A DNA stretch of 63,337 nt, counting the filler, from Candidatus Woesearchaeota archaeon (GTDB taxonomy: Archaea > Nanobdellota > Nanobdellia > Woesearchaeales > GCA-2685855), in the NCBI GenBank assembly GCA_002685855.1. It is 6 parts of 6 records of this genome, joined end to end, with 100 filler letters (N's around TTAATTAATTAA, not from the genome) between each part and the next. Parts side by side here need not be neighbours in the genome. Positions count along the whole stretch, not along the records: positions 37,096 to 44,140 come from NYYS01000029.1; positions 44,241 to 54,999 come from NYYS01000030.1; 4 more parts are not named here. The stretch is one strand, 5' to 3'. A program made the translations under genes and the position numbers. The notes beneath the pieces were generated by a model. The model did no database searches and was not told where the DNA came from. It was given only the letters and a program-made list of their open reading frames with translations. Of this stretch, positions 39,509 through 48,244 are shown piece after piece (the stretch's first letter is position 1; every line of letters begins with the position of its first letter).

Positions 39509-40230
39509 TCTTTTACGAGAAGGATTCCGCTGTTGGTTTCGTGCATATGTTCTTCTGAATAGTCCATATGGTCAACAACCAGGTTATAATGAACATTAAA
39601 GTGTCTGAATCCGTTATTAGGAAAATTGTTTACAGGTCTTCGTTCTCTAAATCTTCCGCTGTAAAACTGTTCCCATGATTCGTGACCAAATATCCGTTCA
39701 ACAGGGAATATTTCACTTTTTCGTAAGATGCGTGCATTATCGCATCCTGATTTTTCCGGATCAAAGATGAGTTCAATGGAGTGGGGACTTTCGGTGTTGG
39801 GAGATGCTCTCAGTCCAGAGAGTGCAAAGGGAAGCTGTTTTGGTTTTTGTATTCTTCCTGATTCTTTGAGTTGTGCATAGAGAGAATTTGCATGTGCTCG
39901 ATGAGTTCCCAAGGTTCCATATAGTGCTGCAAAGATTGGGAAGGAAAGATCGTCAATATCAGGGATGGCGTTCTGATGATAGGCTTCAAAGATATCTTGT
40001 GGAAGTGCGGTTCGGAATGGTGCATCAAGGAGATCAAGTTCTGAGTTGAGAGCTGCCTGGTAAAGTATGTTTTCTTTTGGGAGGGGTTTGTCTTCTTCAA
40101 TCTTTTCAAGATCAAGTGTGAGGGGGATTGATCTATACTTTTGATTGATGCGTTCTGCGATCATACTTCCTGTGATCTCTGCACCAAAGAGTTTGCCGGG
40201 ATGAAGGAATTCGAATGCTTTTTCTGTCAT
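39505..40230 (-). CDS. Hypothetical protein (possible CLec-type DGR-target relative)
   Basis: 241-aa ORF coupled to the downstream gene; family assignment is tentative. Confidence 0.6.
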   Translation of the reverse strand: MTEKAFEFLHPGKLFGAEITGSMIAERINQKYRSIPLTLDLEKIEEDKPLPKENILYQAALNSELDLLDAPFRTALPQDIFEAYHQNAIPDIDDLSFPIFAALYGTLGTHRAHANSLYAQLKESGRIQKPKQLPFALSGLRASPNTESPHSIELIFDPEKSGCDNARILRKSEIFPVERIFGHESWEQFYSGRFRERRPVNNFPNNGFRHFNVHYNLVVDHMDYSEEHMHETNSGILLVKE

Positions 40231-40262
40231 TTTAGAAGGGAATGCGTTCTTGTTTATATGTC

Positions 40263-40529
40263 TTAGTGAAGAATTTCAAAGGATGAGAAGTTCTGAGGGG
40301 ATTGTTCTCGTTCTTCGCTCTTGGTGATTTGGGTTGGGAAGGCATCTTTCAGGGCATTGATGAATTGGGTGAGTTGCTCTTCTTCTCCTTCTGCCCAGAT
40401 TTCAACGCGGCCGTCCTCTCGGTTTTTAACTGCGCCGTTGATTTCGAATTCGTTGGCAAGCTGTTTTGTTGTGTAGCGGAATCCTACTCCTTGTACATTT
40501 CCTGAGAGAAAGAGGTGAATTGCTTTCAT
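40263..40529 (-). CDS. acyP: Acylphosphatase
   Basis: SGNVQGVGFR, GAVKNREDGRVE, FSSFEI. Confidence 0.95.
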   Translation of the reverse strand: MKAIHLFLSGNVQGVGFRYTTKQLANEFEINGAVKNREDGRVEIWAEGEEEQLTQFINALKDAFPTQITKSEEREQSPQNFSSFEILH

Positions 40530-40939
40530 TATATCTTTGCATAGACACTATGCCTTGCACCGCAGGCCTGGCATCGGATGTAGTAGATGTCCCCTTCTTT
40601 GAAGAGTTTTGTGTCGGGCTTTTGGCATTCTTTGCAGAAGAGGAAGGTGTCTGCATATTGCCGGATCTTGTCGTTAATACGTTTTGCAGGAACTTTGCTC
40701 CCAAAGATTACGACCTTTTGTTTGAGTTCTCCGGGTGTTGCAAGTTCTTTTAATATGAATTTGAGAAGGTGCCGTGGTTTTCTTCTGAGGTGGGTGGCGA
40801 TCTGATGAAAGTTGGATACGATCGTCTTGTTTCCCTCTACATGGCCTCTGACGTTGGGTATTTCAAAGCGTTCTGTGGTCTCCTTTACTTCTGGGAGTTC
40901 TGTCTTGGCTTTGTCGAGTAGGGCTTCATAGTCTTGCAT
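40529..40939 (-). CDS. eif2b: Translation initiation factor 2 beta subunit (aIF2beta)
   Basis: YEALLDKA...ERFEIP...EGNKT..SNF...KELAT.G...CKECQKPDT...CQACGA. Confidence 0.95.
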   Translation of the reverse strand: MQDYEALLDKAKTELPEVKETTERFEIPNVRGHVEGNKTIVSNFHQIATHLRRKPRHLLKFILKELATPGELKQKVVIFGSKVPAKRINDKIRQYADTFLFCKECQKPDTKLFKEGDIYYIRCQACGARHSVYAKI

Positions 40940-41094
40940 GGCTGGGGAAAATGCTTTTGGTTTAAAAAGGTGATTGCGGTTGGTTTATTGGTTTGTTTTT
41001 TTCTATATTGTAATTAATTTTTTTTAAGACCTGTTTGTGGGTGTGTTAGGTAAATCACGAGGCGCGGCCTCGCCTGACATAGCAGTAATTCAAA

Positions 41095-41424
41095 TCAGAT
41101 CACTCGCTTATGAAGAATTTTAAAGCCTGCCTTGCAGCCTTCATCCATTCTTATTTCACTTCCAACGTGTTCACCGTCTTTGCACATAATGTACTCTGTC
41201 CCTCTGCAGTCAATAGGAATGGAGAAGAGAATGGCTGTAATTGTGTGGGGTTTAGTAACGTGATTACAGGAGATTTCTTTTGTGTATAATTCGTCGGTTT
41301 TGGGATTCTCACAGAAGCAGCCCAGCAGGGTCATCGCGCTGAATTTTAATAAAAAGATGTTCCAGAAAACATTAATAATGATCAAAACAATTAGTATTGT
41401 TAGTATGAGTTTTGTTTTTGACAT
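41095..41424 (-). CDS. Hypothetical membrane-anchored protein
   Basis: N-terminal hydrophobic helix; six Cys. Confidence 0.55.
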   Translation of the reverse strand: MSKTKLILTILIVLIIINVFWNIFLLKFSAMTLLGCFCENPKTDELYTKEISCNHVTKPHTITAILFSIPIDCRGTEYIMCKDGEHVGSEIRMDEGCKAGFKILHKRVI

Positions 41425-41611
41425 CTTTTATAATTCTATTAATGGGTGTTTTTATAGTTTACGAAAATCTCTGTTTTTGAGAATATTTAAAAAGACAGGT
41501 CTTTATATTAAGCTACTGAGGTGATCCTATGAAATATGTTGGTGGTATTACGGAGTTTGCGTTGGGAGCTGAGGGAGCTCTTCTTGTGTCAAGAGACAGA
41601 GGTGTAATGCT

Positions 41612-41809
41612 GTGGGATTAGTCGTTTGGGCAGAGAAGAAGATAAAGAATTTATCTTTGTGGGATTTTTCGATTCTTAAAACAGCATTTATTCTGTTTGG
41701 AATCATTGTAGGAGCATATATCTCGGACTTTGTTCGGAGCTATGTCTGGCATTTCATTGTGGTGTTTTTAGTGCTCTATGCTGTGTTGTTGTATCGGGTG
41801 CTTAGGTAG
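41612..41809 (+). CDS. Small two-TM membrane protein
   Basis: WAEKKIKNLSLWDFSILK...FGIIVGAY; GAGGTG RBS upstream. Confidence 0.6.
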   Translation: MGLVVWAEKKIKNLSLWDFSILKTAFILFGIIVGAYISDFVRSYVWHFIVVFLVLYAVLLYRVLR

Positions 41810-41868
41810 GTGTTGTCTTGCTTCACTTATGCAATTGTGTTTTGTTATTGCTGATATGATTTAATTGC

Positions 41869-42228
41869 TTATTTTTTTTTATATTTGAATAATTTATTGT
41901 ATCTCTTGTGGTCTACAATGTCTAAAATAAAGCAGATTATCTCTAATTGATCTCCTTTGATTGTGTATAACATTCTCCAATATCCTGTAAGTTCAACTCT
42001 CCACAAGTTTGAAACATTATATGTTTTTGGAATTTTTCTTTTTTCAATGTTGTCGCCATAAAAAGGATTTAATTTTATGAGCTCTTTTTTCTTTAGAATG
42101 GACCGCAGGAGTTGTATCTCTTCAGTGTTTTCTCTTCCTTCTTTTATCTGTTTGCCTACTGCTTGGTTTAAATGTTTGAATTCGCTATCTGCTTCATCTA
42201 AAAGAATAACTCTAACCTTCCTTTTCAT
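41869..42228 (-). CDS. RelE-like putative toxin
   Basis: NPFYGDNI.K..IP...NLWRVELTGYWRMLYTI...ILDIVDH..YNKLF.Y. Confidence 0.7.
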   Translation of the reverse strand: MKRKVRVILLDEADSEFKHLNQAVGKQIKEGRENTEEIQLLRSILKKKELIKLNPFYGDNIEKRKIPKTYNVSNLWRVELTGYWRMLYTIKGDQLEIICFILDIVDHKRYNKLFKYKKK

Positions 42229-42509
42229 ATTTCAGTTCCTTTTTTAATCAATTCGTTTAGTTCTTCTCTTTCAGAAAAAATCCACAGAACTCCTTTAGTT
42301 CCAATAATGATTTTTCCACTTAACTGTAGGTAGTTTAGGATAATAAGGAGTGTTTGGTGCATCACTTTTCGTGGTAAACGTCTTTTTATCTCTGCCACGC
42401 TTATTAATTCTCCTGTCTCTTTTAAGAGTTCTTCTACCATGAGAACGGTGTTTAAATTAGGTGCATGACCTAGTTTTTCTCTCTCCAAAAACTGTCTTGA
42501 TTGAGACAT
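42225..42509 (-). CDS. Winged-HTH partner (putative antitoxin)
   Basis: HAPNLNTVLMVE...LPRKVMHQTL..IL.YL..SGKI; 4-nt overlap with the toxin-like gene; CGAAAGATTTATATA promoter upstream. Confidence 0.65.
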   Translation of the reverse strand: MSQSRQFLEREKLGHAPNLNTVLMVEELLKETGELISVAEIKRRLPRKVMHQTLLIILNYLQLSGKIIIGTKGVLWIFSEREELNELIKKGTEI

Positions 42510-42598
42510 TTTGTGTTGCCAATTAATATAACTTTATATCAAATAAGCATACGAATATATAAATCTTTCGGTTTTTAGATGGGTTTAGATAGCTCCTA

Positions 42599-44140
42599 CT
42601 ATCTGTCCTGAATAGATCTGAAGAGTGCCTTTGCTGCTTCTTCAGGGCCGGTTATCTCTTTCCCTTGTATTCCGAGCTGTGTTCTGAGCTGTCCGATGAA
42701 GAGGTTGTTTTCAAACATTGCATCGAAGAATTTTTTTGCAATGGTTTCATGCAGTTCCTGGTATTGTGGCGGGCCGAAGATGTTTGCAAAGTAGTTGCTG
42801 ACGAGTCCGGTTGTTGTTGTGGTTCCTTTTGACATGACTGCGCCTTTTTTGAAAATTTCAAATGCGACTTCTTTGTCTATGAAGCGTTCAAGATAGGGGT
42901 TTTTGTCATCGATCTTTTCGTAGTTGTTTGCATAGAGAAAGTAGTCAACTGTATACCCTCTAAGCACCTCTTCGATATTTGTGACAGGGAGTACTGCACG
43001 TGCGTTTATTTTTTGCGGGCTCATGATGATCGATCGATCGAGGTTTCCAAATGCAAAACCTGGTTGAAGATCGTCTAACCGGACAAATGCGCCGATCTCT
43101 GTTCCGTAGGCAATGATTTTTCCTTCTTTCATGTCGAGAGAGCCCATATCGTCAAAGATGATGGTCATGTCACGGATGTATTCTTTTCCCAAGATGCGGA
43201 ATGCTTCGAGTGATTCTGATTTTCCTGCTCCTGAATCTCCGAGGATGATGACGTTTGCATTTCCTCCTTGTTTAAGTTCGATTGAGACCATTGCTCCATG
43301 GATGGGCATTCTTCCTTTTTTCATTGCCAGAATGTTGTGGAGGGTGAGGATCATCTTTTTGAGGTAGCCAAAATAGCCGAAGTTGTCTGAGCAGGGAACA
43401 GCGCCGAAGAGTATCTCTTCTTCATCGTAGAATATGGTTGGCGAACACGATGCGTGGAGTCTGTTTTCGGGGAGACCGAATGCATAAACCGCATCAGGTT
43501 GTTTCTTGAGGTCTGCATTGTTTGCGAGTTGGAAAAGGTTGGACAATGCACACCCCAGTCCGATGAATTTATTGTGAAAATAGACATGAATCAGGAAGTC
43601 GCCCACGATTGCAGGATAGCACATCCATTCTCTTTGGTCAAAGATGTATCCTTCTAACGGATTTGATTTGACACGTGTGAATTGTCCTGTTCTCTTATTC
43701 ATGAAGGGATCGATGATTAATGGTGGGTTGAGCAGTACCTGTCGTATGAACGGAACGTTTTTCAGATTGGAATGGTTTTCTGGGCAGGGCCATTCTTTTT
43801 TTACTGCGATGAGTCCAACCTGGAATCCTGCAGATAGCTGTCTGTAAATAGTTGGGTGGTCTCCAGTAAGGTTTTCGCAGACATCCCGATAGGCCTTTCT
43901 TACGAGGTCGTTCATGAGAGAGATGGTGTCGTTGAAGGTTCGGTAGGGGCGTTCATCAAAGTTTGCTCCGTTTTCTGAAAGACAGACAAGATATCGTTCG
44001 TAGTTTCTCCAGTAGTTATAAAATTCCTCGATGAGTTGGTGAAAGAGGTATGTTTTGGTTAGTATCTCTTCAAATTCAGGACGATCTTGGATGATCTCCT
44101 CTTTTGTTTTTTTGTTTAATGCCTGCATGATCTGGAGAAA
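42599..44140 (-). CDS. PEP carboxykinase-like P-loop protein, 5'-truncated
   Basis: FGYLKKMILT, PIHGAM, GDSGAGKSE, IIFDDMG, GTEIGAF, NAR: PEPCK/HPr-kinase superfamily motifs. Confidence 0.75.
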   Translation of the reverse strand, partial: FLQIMQALNKKTKEEIIQDRPEFEEILTKTYLFHQLIEEFYNYWRNYERYLVCLSENGANFDERPYRTFNDTISLMNDLVRKAYRDVCENLTGDHPTIYRQLSAGFQVGLIAVKKEWPCPENHSNLKNVPFIRQVLLNPPLIIDPFMNKRTGQFTRVKSNPLEGYIFDQREWMCYPAIVGDFLIHVYFHNKFIGLGCALSNLFQLANNADLKKQPDAVYAFGLPENRLHASCSPTIFYDEEEILFGAVPCSDNFGYFGYLKKMILTLHNILAMKKGRMPIHGAMVSIELKQGGNANVIILGDSGAGKSESLEAFRILGKEYIRDMTIIFDDMGSLDMKEGKIIAYGTEIGAFVRLDDLQPGFAFGNLDRSIIMSPQKINARAVLPVTNIEEVLRGYTVDYFLYANNYEKIDDKNPYLERFIDKEVAFEIFKKGAVMSKGTTTTTGLVSNYFANIFGPPQYQELHETIAKKFFDAMFENNLFIGQLRTQLGIQGKEITGPEEAAKALFRSIQDR

Positions 44141-44240
44141 NNNNNNNNNNNNNNNNNNNNNNNNNNNNNNNNNNNNNNNNNNNNTTAATTAATTAANNNN
44201 NNNNNNNNNNNNNNNNNNNNNNNNNNNNNNNNNNNNNNNN
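44141..44240. other. Artificial contig linker
   Basis: 44 N + TTAATTAATTAA + 44 N. Confidence 0.98.
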
Positions 44241-44947
44241 TACATTTCTCTATCTGTCAACCCACTCATATCAACAAATGCTCTAACATTATCCTCTAAA
44301 AAACTTTTTCGCAGACCTCCTTCGACATCAGTACCTGATTCATAAACATCATGAAGTGTATAATCCTCAGAATCCGATAAAGGTTTATCTAATGACACAC
44401 TATTAAAAAAAATCCTATTAACAAAACGGACCTTCTCATGCGTAAGATCTACCTCTTCAGCAATATCCTCATCACGTATAATCCCTTCCTCACCACCAAT
44501 CAAATTTCTTCTTGCTCGGATAATTTTGTAATAGTGGTCCCATTGAAAGGAAGGAATTCGAATCATCCTTTCTTCATCCTTTATTCCTTTGTAGATTTTT
44601 TGATAGATCCATGCATGTGAATAGGTCGTGAACCTTCCTTTTTCCGGATCAAACCGTTCTGCACCCACCCTCAAACCCTGATTTCCAAACGCAATAAGAT
44701 CCTGTCTCTCCAAAGAACGTAAGGGCAGAGCATGATACACCTTCATAGCAATAGAAATAGCATATCTCAGGTTATGAATCTGCAAAGCCTCAACAGCCTT
44801 AAGATCGCCCTCCATAACTCGACGTCCTAACCTCGTCTCATCCCTTTTTGTCAGAAGAGGAATTTTTCCAACTTCTTGCATATAGGTACTTAAACTACCC
44901 AAATACTCATCAGATGCACCATTGAGAGAGCCATTACCATCGGACAT
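44241..44947 (-). CDS. Sigma-70 family (RpoD/RpoS-like) RNA polymerase sigma factor homolog, truncated in region 4
   Basis: Region 1.2 LSTYMQEVGKIPLLT..DE..L; 2.1 NLRYAISIA; 2.2 DLIAFGNQGL; 2.3-2.4 RFDPEKGRFTTYSHAWIYQ; 3.0 RMIRIP; 3.2 VSLDKPL; start of 4.1 LTDRE. Confidence 0.9.
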
Positions 44948-44967
44948 TAAGAAAAGAAACCAATTCC

Positions 44968-44975
44968 TATTTAAG
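44968..44975 (-). promoter_or_regulatory. Putative archaeal TATA box of the sigma-like gene
   Basis: CTTAAATA on the minus strand, 21-28 nt upstream of ATG 44947; same spacing as other apparently leaderless genes in this window. Confidence 0.5.
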
Positions 44976-44991
44976 TGTGTTATCCTTAAAA

Positions 44992-45849
44992 TCAAGCAAT
45001 ATTCATCAGCTTTACAAAGGCCTCAAACACCGGCTCCTGTGTTGAAAACCTAAAAAAACGCATTCCCAGGCTCTCACACGCCTCCTGTATCTGACCTGTA
45101 TGATGATCTAGCTCATGCAGATATCGTGACCGAAACCGTGAAGATATAAACGTCTTTATGCTAAAATCAGACTCAGAATCCTTTAAAAACATATTCCCAT
45201 ACAAACTCAGGTGAAGCTCAGATGGATCCAGAATCTGGATAATAACCACATCATTCTTCTTAATCCGATGCAAACTTTCACGAATCTCCTTAATATCAAA
45301 CAAAAAATCAGAAACAATAACAAGAAGACTCTTACTCTTAATCAGCCCCTCATATTGATATAAACAACTTCTCAAATCACTTTGGCCATCTATCTTTAAT
45401 CCGCCCAAATGATTCAAAACAGTAACAAGACGTGCCCGGCTCTTTTGGGGACGGAACACCTGCAAATCATTTGCAAACGTACTAATCTCAAACTTCTCAT
45501 TATTCTTATGCGCAAGATATCCAAGACCCAATCCTAACATCGCCCCATACTCGAACTTCTTTTTAGGAGTTCCAAAATCCATACTCTTACTCCTATCAAT
45601 AATCACCCGTAAAATTAAATTTCTTTCTTCTTCAAACTCTCTAATAAAATATTTATTCGTTCGGGCATAGGCCTTCCAATCAATATGACGAATATCATCT
45701 CCCAGAACATACTCTCTGAAGTCCTTAAACAGAAGACCCTGACCTAAACTCTGACTCTCTCGTGAACCCTGATACTGGCTTAACACTTTCTTCTTCAATA
45801 CCAGATTGAAATGATTCAACTCTTCCAGAAAATCAGTATCTATAGTCAT
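44992..45849 (-). CDS. DUF58 (vWA-like) protein
   Basis: F.DFREYV.GDDIRHIDWKAYART, IDRSKSM, IVSDF. Confidence 0.95.
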   Translation of the reverse strand: MTIDTDFLEELNHFNLVLKKKVLSQYQGSRESQSLGQGLLFKDFREYVLGDDIRHIDWKAYARTNKYFIREFEEERNLILRVIIDRSKSMDFGTPKKKFEYGAMLGLGLGYLAHKNNEKFEISTFANDLQVFRPQKSRARLVTVLNHLGGLKIDGQSDLRSCLYQYEGLIKSKSLLVIVSDFLFDIKEIRESLHRIKKNDVVIIQILDPSELHLSLYGNMFLKDSESDFSIKTFISSRFRSRYLHELDHHTGQIQEACESLGMRFFRFSTQEPVFEAFVKLMNIA

Positions 45850-46916
45850 CCTTTCAAGATCTCCTTAATTACCTCATCCGTTGTTTTACCTTCACGTTCA
45901 GCCTTAAAACTAAGAATGATCCTATGCCTCAAAATAGGAAAAGCCAACTCATCAATATCTGTTTTCGACACATACTTCCTTCCCTCTAACAAGGCCTTTG
46001 CTTTCGCAGCAAGAATCAGATTAATACTCGCACGAGGAGAGGCTCCAAATTCAATTAACTCTTTCTTTGTTCGTGTTTTATGAACAATCTCAACTGCCCT
46101 CTTCTTTATATCATTCGCAATAGGAACCTGCCGCGCCAGCCCTTGCAATAAACGTAGGGATTCCTTAGAGAGCAAGACATTCAGTTTTCCCTTTGTAACA
46201 TGCTTTGTATACTTCTCAACAATTGCCAACTCCTCCTCATAGGTTGGATAATCCAAATTAATTTTCATAAGAAAACGGTCTGTCTGAGCCTCAGGCAAAG
46301 GATAGGTACCCTCCTGATCAATAGGATTCTGAGTCGCCAATATGAAAAAGGGAGTATCAAGCTCAAATGTCTGATTTCCAACTGTTACCTGTTTCTCCTG
46401 CATTGCTTCTAATAAAGCAGATTGTGTTTTTGGAGTTGCTCTATTTATTTCATCGCAGAGAACAAGATTCGCAAACAACGGACCCTTTTGAAAACGAAAT
46501 TGCTTTTTTCCATCAACATCTTCAATAAGATAAGTCCCAGTAATATCAGAAGGCATCAAATCTGGCGTTGACTGTATCCTACTAAATGAAAGATCCATTA
46601 CCTGTGCAATCGTCCGAATCAAGGTTGTTTTTCCTAATCCGGGAAAACTCTCAAGTAAAGCATTCCCATCAGATAAAATACAAATCATCACCTGTTCAAC
46701 TACGGACTGTTGCCCAATAATAACCTTTTCAATCTCTTTATGAATGCTTGAAAATGTAGATTTCAACTTTTCAATATTCTTAACAGCAGCAAGTGTTGCT
46801 CTTGAATCATGTTTTTTTTCAAGATGTCCGGGTACAGAACTACTTTTTGATTGTGTTTTTGTTGTTGAAATCTTCTTCTTCCTCAAATGTATTTTTCGTA
46901 CAGGCATTTGTTCCAC
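45846..46916 (-). CDS. moxR: MoxR-family AAA+ ATPase
   Basis: ESFPGLGKT, RIQSTPDLMPSDITG, DEINRATPKTQSALLEAM, ATQNP.DQEGTYPLPEAQ.DRF. Confidence 0.95.
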   Translation of the reverse strand: MEQMPVRKIHLRKKKISTTKTQSKSSSVPGHLEKKHDSRATLAAVKNIEKLKSTFSSIHKEIEKVIIGQQSVVEQVMICILSDGNALLESFPGLGKTTLIRTIAQVMDLSFSRIQSTPDLMPSDITGTYLIEDVDGKKQFRFQKGPLFANLVLCDEINRATPKTQSALLEAMQEKQVTVGNQTFELDTPFFILATQNPIDQEGTYPLPEAQTDRFLMKINLDYPTYEEELAIVEKYTKHVTKGKLNVLLSKESLRLLQGLARQVPIANDIKKRAVEIVHKTRTKKELIEFGASPRASINLILAAKAKALLEGRKYVSKTDIDELAFPILRHRIILSFKAEREGKTTDEVIKEILKG

Positions 46917-46917
46917 C

Positions 46918-47703
46918 TCATTTTAAACCTAATATCTTTAGATTGTATTCCTTTGCAAGTTGCATCTCTTTTGGTTGTTTTTCATCACTGAAACTTTCAG
47001 ATGCAGCATAGGCATCAACAGGAAAATCATAATTTCTTGCATCTCGATTTGCTTTTTCCTCATTAAAAATTGTTTCTCCACCACCCAACTGTAAGTCCAG
47101 CGTATCTGTTCCTAAAATTGCAACACTTTTTTTCCCATACAGGCCGCTATCATCAGAAAAATCAACATCCTCTATCTCTTTTCCTGCATCAAACCGCTCC
47201 CCGCCAACAAAAATATCAAACCCTCCAAAAGGAAGATCGATTTTCTTTACATCAATAGAATAAGGCGAAGTAATCAGTACAAACGTACTCAAGGTTGCAA
47301 TAATCAATACCTTCCCTATAACACTTTTAAAGTCGAGAAGACTCCCTGTGCTCACAGATTTTATCTTATTAATAAGCTCATCAAATAGTGCAAAGAGAAT
47401 AACATTCTTCTCATTCACATTATCCCTTGCTGTTCTTAAAATCTCCTTGATCTGAACATTATGATCTTCAATTGTCTTAAGTCGAATATGTTTCATATCA
47501 TAAAGTGTTCCCGCAATAAAATAACATAGAGCAGGAACTGCAGCTATAAAAACACTACCCTGAAAAAAAGAAATTATAAAATAGATTCCTATAAAGATTA
47601 TAACAGCATTCAGAAAACTATTAAAAAGAATGATCTTAAAAAGTTCAAACCGCAATTCTCTAAATAATCTTTTTATTTGTTTCATCTTAACAAGCCGATT
47701 CAT
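46918..47703 (-). CDS. Membrane protein of the MoxR cluster (start may be 47685)
   Basis: Three TM helices, EILRTARDN motif, acidic C-terminal tail. Confidence 0.7.
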   Translation of the reverse strand: MNRLVKMKQIKRLFRELRFELFKIILFNSFLNAVIIFIGIYFIISFFQGSVFIAAVPALCYFIAGTLYDMKHIRLKTIEDHNVQIKEILRTARDNVNEKNVILFALFDELINKIKSVSTGSLLDFKSVIGKVLIIATLSTFVLITSPYSIDVKKIDLPFGGFDIFVGGERFDAGKEIEDVDFSDDSGLYGKKSVAILGTDTLDLQLGGGETIFNEEKANRDARNYDFPVDAYAASESFSDEKQPKEMQLAKEYNLKILGLK

Positions 47704-48244
47704 TCCCGTCAGGGGTTCGTTCCAAACAGCTTACTTCACCTTCTAGTAAATCTATAGTGTCATCCCTATCATCAATTTTATCTTCCAATTCATCAATTGT
47801 TTGATTGTATTCTGATATATCCTTATTCAGTTTCTCAATATCAAGCCCTAACCGGGAAACCTTGCTCTTTTCACCTTCATAAAAATTTTCAAACTTATCT
47901 CTATTCTGCTCACATTCAGTAATAAGAGTCTCCTTTGTCTTCAACTCAGTCTCTTTTACATCAAGTTCTGACTCTTTCTCTTCATACAGCTCATCATATT
48001 TCTTCACACTCTCTTCTGACGTATTCAATACCTGTATTGTTTGAACCAACTGACTTCTGAAATTCTGTATCTGCTGTCTACACGAAGAAAGGTTCTCAGA
48101 AGTTGTACTAAAATTCTTGCCAATTTCACGAATATTCTGTTGGTAAAGAACAGTACTAACAACATAGACTGTTAAAATAATCACTATAAGAAAAAGGATA
48201 AAAACATTTAGATGCGTTTGTAAAAAACTTCCTTTTCTTTTCAT
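47687..48244 (-). CDS. Membrane-anchored coiled-coil protein
   Basis: N-terminal TM helix followed by a heptad-rich E/K region. Confidence 0.75.
   Translation of the reverse strand: MKRKGSFLQTHLNVFILFLIVIILTVYVVSTVLYQQNIREIGKNFSTTSENLSSCRQQIQNFRSQLVQTIQVLNTSEESVKKYDELYEEKESELDVKETELKTKETLITECEQNRDKFENFYEGEKSKVSRLGLDIEKLNKDISEYNQTIDELEDKIDDRDDTIDLLEGEVSCLERTPDGNESAC

Noticed and set aside
41045..41078. Possible integron attC site
   Set aside because: GTTAGGT precedes GCCTGAC, the reverse of the RYYYAAC...GTTRRRY order; it is too short, and there is no integrase or second site.
42599..44947. Apparent operon of the sigma-like gene and the PEPCK-like gene
   Set aside because: They are separated by an artificial linker (44141-44240) and lie on contigs with opposite skew, so the adjacency is not real.
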